Shown here: piece after piece, positions 1 through 11,700 of the stretch
How positions within the stretch are numbered: position 1 is the first letter of the stretch
Layout of the letters: every line of letters starts with the position of its first letter
Assembly: GCA_001687465.1 (NCBI GenBank)
Contig: LVLI01000085.1
Coordinates: 62,001-96,632, forward strand
DNA length: 34,632 bases
Direction: 5' to 3'
Source: Halocafeteria seosinensis
Taxonomy: Eukaryota
Translations under genes and position numbers: made by a program
The notes under the pieces: model-generated
What the model was told of the DNA's origin: nothing
The model's database searches: none
Seen by the model: the letters and a program-made list of their open reading frames with translations, nothing else

Positions 1-305
1 CGGTAGCGTTGTGAGCGTGCCGACGAGCTTCCACGTTTGCTAACAAGCTTCTGCCCACCGCTAGTAGACCCTCCGTCTCGTGAATGTGACTGTAAAAGTG
101 CAGGGTTCTCATCCGACTCTCTAGACCTCTTTTTTCTTCCCATGCCAACGTCATAGAGCAGCAGTGAACCAACTCTTTTCGGCCACTAGTTGAAGGCCTC
201 CTGCTCCAGGGGAAACCCATCCACAGCTTGTCCCAGCTCCTGCGCATGGAAATCAGAAAAACCATACCCTTACATTATAGAAAAAATGTATATGAAACTA
301 CTTAC
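1..305 (-). other. Possible fragment of a minus-strand spliced gene at the window edge (candidate intron 240-305)
   Basis: Perfect donor CAG|GTAAGTAG at 305 and acceptor GCGCAG at 240 define a 66-nt intron, the size typical of this window. One minus frame stays open from 238 to the window edge (SWDKLWMGFPWSRR...RRHAHNAT). I could not build a convincing upstream exon or recognise the product. Confidence 0.3.
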
Positions 306-805
306 CTGGTAATATACTCTTCCGGAAAGTGCAGGAGAATGGACTAGCCTTCTGTCCAGCAGCAAACCCTCGGCGCGACAAAAGGGAAACCATGTATACA
401 AGGATATATTCCACTACGACCTAAATCTCACCTAGCTTTTTGTTAAGTTTGCGCTTGTATGTATGCATGAGCAGGCTAGACAAACTCATGAAGTAACTCA
501 TTGAAGTTGCTGAAACAAATGATTGCATGGTCGAGAAGGCAGGCTCCCACAGAGCACTGCTGCATTTCTCGGATTCTCGTTTATAAGGAATGTTTCAAAG
601 GGAAATATTCAGGGACAGCCGTATATAGGGGCAATTGTGTTTTCCTTTTGGACAGGGTCAGCGCTCCAGAGATAAAGAATCCACCCTTGTATCGATTTGG
701 ATTCATAATTTGCGCACACAGCGCACCAAATACGAGAGGCAGACACAATACAATACGCGCAAAGAAGTGATAGCGTTTGAATCTATGTGTTAAAAGAATA
801 GAAAA

Positions 806-1958
806 ATGGGCGAAGAAGCTAAAATACATATTGGAAACCTCTCTGCGGATGCCACGAGAGAGGAATTGGAGGACAAATTCGGCGTGTTTGGGGCTGTAAA
901 GAGTGCATGGTATGTTCATTTTCATCGTCACGACATACTAAATGTTGTACTAGTGCATTTCGTGGGCTTGCAGGGTAGCGAAAAAGCCCCCCGGATTCGG
1001 CTTTGTGGTAGGTCAAAACGCACCATGGGGTGAGGCGCTTGCCGTGGTGGAATACAGTAGTATGCTCTGTATCCGCAGGTAATGGAGCGCAAGAGCGATG
1101 CTGAAACAGCCATCGAGAAGCTAAATGAGACGGAAATGTATGGAAAAACGGTGACGATGGATTGGGCCAAGAGCAAGAATCCAAGGCCTTCTGGAAGAGG
1201 TGAGTCCTCGAAAGAGCAGTAAATTCGGAGAGCTGATTCTTATAGTTGATACGGACGCAGGGCCACCGCCGCCTCGAAGAGGACCGCGAGATGACTATGG
1301 GCGGCCACCCAGTCGTGGACGTCGTGAAGAATATCCACCACCCCGTCGTAGCAGTCGTGACGACTATCCACCTCGTGACAGCTATCGAGGAAGAAGCAGG
1401 AGCCCCAGATCCTACCGCCGACGCAGCAGAACACCGCCACCTCCTCCTAGAGACTACCGAAGAAGCCCTCCACCCAGAGACTACTATGAACCCCGGTCTC
1501 CAGGATACCGACGAGAGCGAAGCCCCAGTCCCCCGCGGCGTTCTCCCCCACATGAGAGAAGATCTCGTAGCAGAGACAGGGATGGGTACCGCCCTAGACG
1601 CCGCTCTTTCGATGATTACGACCGTCCACGACCAAGTCGTAGTCCTTCGCCATATGATAGACGCCGGAGTGGATATGAAGATGGACATCGTGAACCACGC
1701 TATGACGACAGACGTCCGCGAGACTATGATCGTCCTCGTTCTGCTGACCGCAGAAGTAGACGCCGCTCTGAGGGCGGAGCTGAGCGAAGGCCGTCGGGAG
1801 AACGGCGGAAAACAAGGTCTCGCTCTCCTCGGGGTGAAGCTACGGAACCTGAGGCCAATGGCCGCTCCTCACGACCTCGCGACCGCAGGGATCATCATGA
1901 CTCCGAAGGAGACCGGAATATGTCCTCGGTTGTGGAACCTGCGCATGCCACCCAGTAA
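806..1958 (+). CDS. SR splicing factor, SRSF3/RBP1(SRp20)-like: one RRM plus a long RS/RD domain, no zinc knuckle; ~318 aa; exons 806-909, 974-1007, 1079-1199, 1261-1958
   Basis: Introns 910-973 (GTATGT..TTGCAG), 1008-1078 (GTAGGT..CCGCAG) and 1200-1260 (GTGAGT..ACGCAG; in-frame alternative acceptor at 1245). Splicing gives KIHIGNL (RNP2)...LEDKFGVFGAVKSAWVAKKPPGFGFVVMERKSDAETAIEKLN, matching the SRSF3/7 signature WVARNPPGFAFVEF..DAEDA. RSRSP/RRRS repeats follow. Confidence 0.92.
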
Positions 1959-2637
1959 ATGACACCAAAACTCGACTACCAAAATAGAGCTCCGCTTGCA
2001 GTCTGCTGCTGAAAGAATCTACATATCGTTCAGCTCTTCGACTTCCAGTCAGTCCAACGACTTCGACGAAACTACTGCTCCACAGCTCCACGACGTTTCC
2101 TACACATCAAGCGCCTCCGAATGTTGCACACATTTTACAGCTTCCACCGTCTTATTTTTGGCCTCACTTACAACATAAGCGATACTCTACACTTTCTACA
2201 AGTATGCTACTGACTTCGCCAGCTTATGTGGTCGTATCAGCGAGGTGTTTTCGTACTATCTCTCAAAATTTCCATATCCAGCACAGACGACCCATCGTTT
2301 GCAGCAGGGACAATGAAAGTAATATGGTGACTATGGTTCCTTATGCATATTGAATCCCTCCTTTAAGATGTATCGTTGGAACGTCGACACATCATATATA
2401 GCAGAAGGATAGACTGGCAAACGTTTTCGAAGTATCAAAGAAAAGCGTTTACAAGTACTGGCCACGACAACTTGGCTCTCCCGACCCCTCACACTGATAC
2501 TAAGGATGGTGGGGTAAGCCCGTGGCAAATCAACAATCGCTGAGAAGGTTCCCGCTATGGTCCACGATGGTGCGAGAGCAGCAGTGATTCGCAAACATTT
2601 AAGCTGATGGCTGGAAGGCCGTCACAGAAATGCTACT

Positions 2638-2790
2638 TGCGTTTTACCGACTGGAGAAAACAAAATACTAATGAGGTGTTTCATGCTAAGCCTAAAAACT
2701 GTTCCGTGACATTCATCTGTGTTTTACCGACTGGGGAAAACAAAATATTAATGAGGTGTTTCATACTAAGCCTAAAAACTTTTCCATGCC
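2638..2790. repeat. ~80-bp-period tandem duplication overlapping the VPS13 stop codon
   Basis: 2641-2700 and 2721-2780 match at 57/60 nt. Similarity continues into 2701-2710 vs 2781-2790 (7/10). Confidence 0.95.
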
Positions 2791-5700
2791 GGATCTCAGG
2801 GCAAGGAAATCGGTGGGATTCAGCGATCCTTTGTTGCCTCTAGATTGAAGCAATAATTCCCGCTGCATGTACGATAGAAGCTGGGAAACCCCGTACTCAA
2901 GCATTTTGCATTCATTCAACTCCTGTGATCGACTAGTCGCTAGTGTTGCATACCACCGTCGGGGAACAAGAGAAAGGAGCCTTTGGAATTGCTCCTGAGT
3001 ACGGTATATTGTATACGACGGAGAGAAAGTTTCGAATGCTTCTTCCTCTTGGGTATCTTCATCTTGTTCACGGTTTACAGGCACAGTAACAGGGACATGC
3101 TCCACTTTTGTCCTCACAGCCCTTACTGTTTTGTTACTTTCTGAATCGGGGACGCTTCTTTCGGGGATTAGCTCTGTTCCCCTCGAGACCAAATTCGTTT
3201 GACGCATAACTTCTCTGACATGATCGAAGTTATCAAGACGTGCCCACTCAATGGGGACAACACATGGCTCGTCGTCAGTCTCAACTTTCTGTATCCTCGA
3301 TAGTAACGTACGACGGCGTTCCCGCTTAAGAGTTTCCTGCAGCTGCAAGGATCTCTCCATCGTGGCGGCTTGCTCCTTTTCCTGTCGGACACCAGCTTCT
3401 TGGTCCCGCGTTAACTCCTTTTCTAGAGTCCGCAAGTGTTCCCGGTCGGGCATCTCTTGGATTGCATCCCTGATCGCTTCGTGGGCGATGGAAGTCAAGT
3501 TCTCCGGACCCACAAGAATCGCACGACCACTCTTCGTCCCCTTATCCTTCACACCGAGTGTGTGTTTGTGCTTGACCACCGTGCTCCGTGCCCTTGCAGA
3601 GTTGAAAGCCTCCGTTCCTTGTTTGTTTTTCTCGTGAAGAACAGCCCGCCAATAGATACGGTTTGTGCGGGCATGCAACAGGTAAACAGACTTGTCCGTG
3701 ACTAGCAGAATAAACTTGCATTCCAACGAACGCTCCTTCTTTCTGTCCATAAGGTATCCCTTTTGAGTGTGGGTCCACAACCGAGGGCCTTCGTTTTTGG
3801 TGTGGAGCAACCGAGGAGTTGCCGTAAGTCGATCGCGTAAGCGATCGAACACACTGATATCGCGAACTTGGTGGAATGAGGATATACCTGTACCTGAGGA
3901 CCCTGTAATACCACCTCGCCTTACGCTGGTCGGCGCCTCCTCGTTCTCTGCCTTACGGCCGATCGTCATTTGAATGCCACCGAACGCCGGAGTAGATATT
4001 GTTGTTTGCCGGACGATTGTCTGTTGGTGACTTGAGGCTGTACTTGTAGCACCAGAAGCACTAGAGGAACTGGAGTTGACTTGCTCTTTGCTGCTTTTCT
4101 GCGATCGTCCTTCCCAAAACGCACTTAATTCTCCACAAATGCCGGCTTCATCGTCCCCGTGTTTGTATTTAAGTACCCCGTACACCGGCGCGTGGAACCG
4201 GTAATGCTCGCCTTGCGCTTCGCCGCTCGTCTGCAGTAGGGTCAATCTTGCGTTCCCTTCTGCTTCTCTGGAGCTGTAGGACAGTATCAGCGGTTTTTCT
4301 CCCCGGATCCCATATAGCCCAGTGAAACGAGGCAATCGGACACGCAAGCTACCAGATTCGTCGCCTTCGTTCCCAGAAATTATATTGGCGGCCGATGAAA
4401 CTGTGCTACCGATTCCTCTTAGACTCAGCACCGCCATGTCTAACATTCCGCTCGTCGGTTTGAGCACAAGCCCGGCAATACCCATTCCAAACCCTTTGGC
4501 AAATCCCAGTGCGCCATCGCGTTTACCGCCTCGGTAGGGTGTAGACACGACCCCAGATATTCCTTTGAACAAAGACAAACTAAAGGCTTTCGTGCCGGCG
4601 AAAAATCCTTCTCCCAGGTGTCGTGGACCTCTGCTTGAGACTGGTCCAACGATAGCAGCATACTTCCTTTGGAAAACCGGGTCGCTATACTTTTCAAAAT
4701 CAATAGCTCGTATCCCTTTGGCTAGCGTTTGTAGGAGCTTTCCACCACTATCAAATACTCCCACTGTGGTATTGGATATCAACGAAATGGCCGAAGAGGA
4801 TACGGATTTTACGGTGCTACCGGCGCCTTCGCCTTCCAGCATCCCACGAGCAGGTTCATACAAGACAGCAACTACGTCCGAGCCCACGTTAGAAATTAAT
4901 CCCACCGGATTCCCTAGGAAGGAAGCCGAACCAGCAATCTTGTAAAATCCTCGCAAGACGTTCGTCACATAGAACTTTAGCAGCCGATAGGTCAGTGCGT
5001 TTACATCTTCGAAAACGTGCGAAGCGACCAATGAACTCACTCGAATCGGTGCTCCGTCAACGTTCAACAGCATTGATCCTAACCCAGATATGACATTCTT
5101 CACTCCGCCAAGTATAGGGATATCCGGTATCATCGCTTTCAGAAATTCTATGTCGTCACCGATCGATAACGTAACGTCAAAAAACATCGGGTGGAGCAAC
5201 AGTGCCTGGATATATATCTTGTTAGTAGTCTCTGTATTCGCCGGCTTGGGTGCTTCCAAGAGCACTGAGACATGGGAATTCTGCACGGTCTCTCGCATCA
5301 AGGAGCCATCAATTCGAGCCATGTAAAGGAGGCGATTGCTAAGTGTATCAGTTTCTTCACCAGTCTCCACAGCTGCAAACGATTTTACCTCCCAGTGCTC
5401 CTTTAATATTGTCGAATAGTCTTGGACGTAGTTAGATCCCGTAAACGAGCTGAAGTCAAGATTGGTGATTAGCTCTAGTACAGCTGAGAGCAAGAAGTCG
5501 TCAATGGCAACGTTCATTCGCATCAAGCGAGCGGACACCTCCCTCAGATAAAACAGCGTCGGATGTGACACCCAATATACCCTGCAAGAGATCATAGGAA
5601 GTGACTGGGACAACTGCTGTACTCGCCGTAGATCTTCATTTTCTTTTTGCTCCTGAGTTTGTACTACGTCTCCATCTTCATCCTTCAGAATAGGTTTTTC

Positions 5701-8700
5701 TTCCGGTGCAGCACCCTGGCGACCGATTACAATAGGGTATACGGCAGCCGGGATTTGGGAATCCACTTGAAACCGATGGACATCCAATTTGATCTTTGTT
5801 AAGGATTCATGGTTGATCGCTGCTTGAAGCTGAACATTTCCAATAGTAGCATACAGCAATTCTCTAGGATGGTGGTCCATAATGCTGATACCTGTGCCTT
5901 TTAAGCGAGAGTCAAACTTAACGTACTTCGCGGCTTCCTGGGGTGCATAGAGGGGTACCCACTGTGCAACGATGCGGACACGTGGAGGCGCGATACGCCT
6001 TGCATATAACTGCTCCCACACACTCGATGCGGGAGTCAGTGTAAACCATTTGTCAACCTTCTCCCCTTGCTCTGGAAGCGGAATGAAGGAGCGATGAGCT
6101 ATGGGAACATCTTCCCGTTCCATGCAGCCACTAGGGACTCTTCTAGAAGCTTCCAGCGCTGTGCTTGATCCGAAGAAATATAATAGAGGCGCCGAAGAAG
6201 TCTCAGCTTGATGCGCAGTTGCCTCTTGGTCCATGAAGAAGCTGTCAGACGACGACTGGGCGTTTATTTCGGTGGGTTGCACAGAGCGAACCGACCTCGC
6301 AAACAGCTCGAATACCATATGCGGTCCGTGGGGAATAGACCCTTGTCCTTCTGTTTCTCTCGCAGAGTAGTCAGGGGGTGGAATTCTGTTCCCCCATTCA
6401 AACACTTCATTGTACAACACCGAATCAGGAGACATTGTAAACGACTGAGGATCATCGCTCGCAAACGGATCATTCATTGCTTGTTCACCGAATTTGGAGG
6501 AATACAAGGTACTTATCGGACCTGCAGGAGCAAACCGCAAGACAACTGGTGAATCCGCCGAGGCCTGTTGCAAAGAGGAATTTATCCATTCCACTGCATC
6601 GTCGTATAGCATGCCCTTGAGCGGGAATCCGTTAACATGAGATACAACCGATCCTTGAAGGGTGGAATAAATGGCATCCGAAGGAATGCTAGTTCGGGAA
6701 ACACTCTTTCCAGCTCGATGCAAGAGGGTGGCAATGCGTGTGAACCTTTCTGCGTCGACACTAGAGACTTCAACGCTGAGCCTTTGTTCAGGAAACAGGC
6801 TTTCCAAAGACGGGCCAAATGAATGTAGTTCCTCGTTCCTGAGTACCTCGGCGGTGCTAGTCTCTTCTGGAAATTCTTCTGCCTCCATTTCTCCGGTAGC
6901 AAACGAAGCTTCTGATACTCTTTGCTCTCCGTTAGCTAATCTTGATTGGCGGTTACCGATTATGATGGATCCAATCTCGGCACGTCGCTCTCGGGTGTCA
7001 CCAGCGAACGACCTGAAGCGGANCCCGCCACGAGGCTTTTTGCGCCGTTGATACGCAAAATCAGCTGACCAAGCTTGGTTTAGTTGTGCGGGACTATGAC
7101 TAGCTTCCTTAAACGCTATTCCAGTGTTACTCCCGGAGAAGCAAATATCCCATGTTACGTCGGCTACGCTAGTGCGTCTACAATTATGCGCCACTCGACT
7201 GACGCCGTACAAACGATGACTGTCCAAACTTTGCAGTGTATCTCGGAGCTGAGACGAGCTCAGATCTTTGAGCTTCGTGTTTTCTCCGACGGTCAAGTCC
7301 TCCTCATTCGTATTGCTCTGCCGACACGACAATTCCGCTCTCACGAACTCTGCAATTTTAGAGAGCACGGGGGATACACCTTGGACTTCGACAACGGTTG
7401 TTTGAAGCTGGTGTCCAACAACACGCCATCGAGTTTTGTCCTGGATGTTCGCCAAATACACTCCCTCCGCTTCAGCTTGGGACACGGTGGTGTCAGGCCG
7501 CTGAGATGTTCTTAGCGTCTCATCGTCATCACCCGCAAATTCAGGAATAGGGTCTCGTCCCCGAAGGTTTTCTGCCCAAGAATCGCCGAGTGTGTCGCTC
7601 GCCTCGCTACTGCTCGAGGACCGACTACTGGGTTCAGCAACTATCTCTTCTTCATCACCATCTTTCAAAGACAAATTCTCGGTGAACGACCAGTCCTCCG
7701 CTGCAGAACGACGAGTGGATGAGACACTTCTTCGTGTGTTGCGTGCTCGCTTTTTTGAGTACTTCTTCTTGACGTTTCTCCTTAAATGTCGCACTCCTGT
7801 CGTCTCAGCGGCAGCCGCGACAACACCAGCTGCCCCGGCGGTTCCACCGGCGATGGAAGAAATCACCGGATGTGCCGAACCTGAAATGCTGTGCGCACGC
7901 TTGGAGCCGCTAGGACTTTCTGCAAGTTCCGGATAGTCATCAGACGGGGACACGATTGTATGATCTTTGCTTTCCCCTATATGCGCCTCTTCACGTGAGG
8001 AGGTTTCGCTTTCGGAATGCTGCTCACTATCAGTTTGCTTCTCCTTGCTAGCAGAGTCATCTACGGAAATTTCAGAACAGATTTCATCGGCTGCCTCTTC
8101 AGTACTCTCAACCTGGGATTGGAACGTTTGCTGCAATTTGTTCAGGTGTCGTACTAGTTTTCGCCTCAACAAAATGCTTTCCGAAACAGCAGTAGCAACA
8201 GTAGTCTGAGCACTCTTGATTTGCTGTAATCTGAGATTTGACGTACGGAGCATCTTGACCCGAATGGATCCGCTTGGTCTCATCCTGGATCCTTCAAAAT
8301 ACTTAATAGGATACCACCGATCCACATGAGTATCATGCCGCAAATAAGATGCAGGAATGCTGACATACCCTAATACATCATCAGTTTCTGTCCGGTTATG
8401 GTCCCATACCTCCGCGACTACATCCACCCGTGTTGACGCAAGTTTCTCATGGACGTAAAAAAGAAACTGCTCACCCCACACCGGATCAATTGTGTTAGGG
8501 CAATGACTTGTTCTGACAGATGTGTCAAATAGCTCGGGGATACGTAGTCTGATATACGGATCACTTGCACCTCCGCCGAACGGCGTATCTTGGTCACTAG
8601 CAGCAAGTCCTGCAGCCGAAACTAGCTGTACCCACAGCATTTCCTCATTTTTCACCTTCGAATAGTCAGCTGAGCAGTGGCCAGCCCACTGTAACTTGAT

Positions 8701-11700
8701 ACTTTCGGTTTCGCTCGTCGCTGTAGACTCTGGGTTAATTGGGATTTCATAGTAATCGCGGGTATTATAGTACGGATTCTCAAGCTTCTTTGCCACTGCC
8801 CGGCAGTAGATATCATCAAGCTGCTCTTGAAGTCGTTCCATCGCCATCAAATCCAATTTATGGGTATAGCTCATCTTGTTCCTTTCAAGAGTACTCGGAG
8901 GCTGCGCCGATGACCTACCTCTCAAACTTCTTAATGCAACTGACGATTTTGGTATAGTGACATTACCATCAACCTGGGAAACAACAAAAGGCGATTGCAG
9001 TTGTATCGGGTCATACGATACTCCCGGAGCATTGCTGCCAGATGTTGGCTGCCTACTTCCCACAGCCTCTTCAATTATGAATTTTGTCTCGGCATTCAAC
9101 TGATCGTTTAGAGCCTTCGACACCTTTTCAATAAACTCTAAGTGCTGCTCTACTTCAAGCAGTCGTTCTTTAAGGTGGTTAATTTGATCATACCTTCTTT
9201 TGGGGATATCGCTTATTCGTATCACTTTCGTTGCCCCGTTCTCCGAATCAGCGAAAACCTCCGTTTTCACCCTCCGCGCAATCGCACCTCCCTCTCCCAG
9301 CGCTGCTTTGCTCCAGTCCTTCCGAAAGGCTTTCAGTCCTTGTTTTGAATCCGAGTCGTTCTTAAACATGCCAGCAACGTCTCCAGTCCATGTAACGGCC
9401 GAATCGCCAATGGCATCGCACCTCACTTCGGACGCTCCGATGTTACTGCTCAAGTAGCTTCCCCAGCCCTTTCCTCCTCCTTCATCATTCGAGTGTCGAC
9501 TTCTCTCGTTTAGGCCGACAACCGCCGATAAAGCTCGTTGGGAGCCCCCAGCCTTGCTGTAGGTTGAATGAACACGTCTAATATCGTTTCCACCCACACC
9601 TCCTTCTTCACCACCAAGAGAGGAGTTAATCAAACTTTCTGCAGCATCCGTCCATCGGCCTCGGCTCAGGGCTATACCAACGTTCCCGTTATCGTAATAA
9701 AATAGAGAAGCAATCCCCACCGGCCGGATTTGGACCATTACTGAAGTGCCAGTCTCTTCAGATTTGCTCGTCTGAATGTGTTTCCCCAACGATTTAGTAC
9801 CAGCACCGGGGGAATCCAAGGCGAAGGAAACGGAAGAAAACCCATCAACTGTTTCACCGCCTTCGCAAGGGACACATTCCGCCACAGACGGGCCGCGACC
9901 CTTCTGTCGAACCACAACACAATCCACCGAGCAGTTGTTTTCTACTCGGTACGGTTCGTATCTGCAATTCTGTTTGACGCAGAACGGATGTGGAGCAACG
10001 GTAACCTGAGTGGTAGTTTCATCCTCTACGGACTTGACCGATACCCAACAAACTTGCGACGGAGAACGGCCAAGGCTGCTTCTTAGGAATAGGGAAGAGC
10101 GAGCCATTCCCAGAGGAGACACTGGATAGTCTCCTGGGGCTGTGCGATCCCGGTCACCTTGGTCCCCCTTATGAGCATCTTGGATGCGCAGTTCATTGTA
10201 TTGCTTATCAAGTTCCTCTTGTGTAACCGCGTCACTGGACCAATCGCGAATGGCAACCCCGTGGAAGGCACCGTACCTGTCAATGTCCTGGGCTACAGAT
10301 GGTGACAGCGTTTCTCTAGGTTTAATTCCGTGGAAGCTATTCATGAGTTCGTTAAATACAGGTAGCAATCTGTCTAAGTCCTCCCTGCCGGCACGAATTC
10401 TTGGCGAAGGGCTGTGCGGACCATCCAGCTTTCTTCGTAGTTTCAATGAAAATTCTCCAGGGTCGCTGACGAACTCCGTCGACCACTCCCACTCTCCCCG
10501 TCGATCCCAGTCGAATCCCAAGAGCAATTGCATAAAGTCACGAGGACTGCGCAGGTATGAAACCAATGAGTGCTTTGATGTGTCCTTGTTTACGGAACCG
10601 TCTGAGGGAAACAGATGCGAATAAATATACCTCCGAGGGAGTCCTTCCTCCCCTGGCAATGGAGGTGCCATAGGCAAGAAAGAAATGAGTAAACTAGCAA
10701 CCTCTGTCAACACGGAATTGCCCGCTTTCGAATCTTGAGGAACTGACCTCACTTGTACACCAGGAGAACTGTGGTGCATGCGAAGCTGTCTGTGGCCCAT
10801 ATTCAACGCAGTGATAGCCGCTCCAGAGCAAACATTGGACCCAGTGGTGAGACCCATCATCTCCAGTGTTTCCGGACCGAGTTTCCACCTTGTAGCTCCA
10901 CCTCTCTGGTTCGCCGTCGTCGCTTCATACACCGCATCGACGTTTAAAGCAGAGGCGATTTGAATAAAATTGCTTACTTCAGTTGTCCATAGGGGACCTG
11001 TTACAGCAGGGAACCCATCCACCTTTATCTTCAAACTATCCCGAGGGCGAACTGAAGAATCACGAGTGTTCACCTTGGAAAAGTAAAATGGATACCACGG
11101 TGTTACCGGAGAAATTTCGGTACGAAGATCCCCTTTATTTTCATCTAGCGCACATGAAACATCTCCTAGATTGCCCCTACTGCTCTTACTTTGGAGAGAC
11201 CCTACGCCTCGCTGTCTCCGAGAGCTTTGTTTCTGTTCCACTAGCGCTGATGGATCCGTCTCGCGATACTGGTCCACCGGAGGTGTACTTTCTGCGAACT
11301 TGGAATCGAATCCTGGAAATACAGGACGCTTGTTTCCAATGCCACCTTCATCTCTTCGCGGTCGAGGTCCAAAGATGCTCTTTCGCTTTGGTTGTGCGGC
11401 CTCTAGCTGAACTTCCTCCCAGTACGATGCCAAGTCGGAGCGAAGTGTTTGCGAAGATAGTGCAGAAGACGTTGCTATCTGTTTTACCAATGCCTCACTC
11501 TGTGAACTCTTAATGGCGGGGNTAAAGTGGATATCCGTCGGCACAGAACTGGCATATTCATTGAAACCTTGTCGAATCATAATGTTCGCGCTTGAATTGT
11601 TAATAATACTGTGCCGCGTCCGAAGTTTCAGAACCTTGCTTCTGAAGAAATTATGCGGAGCAATTTGGATCTGGAGGCCCACATGGACTGAGTACGAGAC

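Noticed and set aside
299..460. TACTTACCTGG resembling the U1 snRNA 5' end
   Set aside because: No U1-70K loop (GATCACGAAG), U1A loop (ATTGCAC) or properly placed Sm site follows. It is better explained as a consensus 5' splice site on the minus strand.
819..1962. 289-aa antisense ORF (819-1688) and 238-aa alternate-frame ORF (1246-1962)
   Set aside because: Shadows of the low-complexity Arg/Ser/Pro codons of the SR gene, with no recognisable motifs.
1959..2637. Short ORFs or possible ncRNA between the convergent SR and VPS13 genes
   Set aside because: No protein-like motif, tRNA, snRNA or snoRNA box pattern found. Probably 3' UTRs.
2764..2775. VPS13 C-terminus -LGLV as a ligand for its own PDZ domain
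   Set aside because: Position -2 is Gly, which fits none of the standard PDZ ligand classes. The terminus itself may also be altered by splicing.
7023..11522. Two ambiguous 'n' bases (7023, 11522) as possible recoding or editing sites
   Set aside because: Single undetermined bases that keep the frame. Most likely polymorphism or low-quality consensus.
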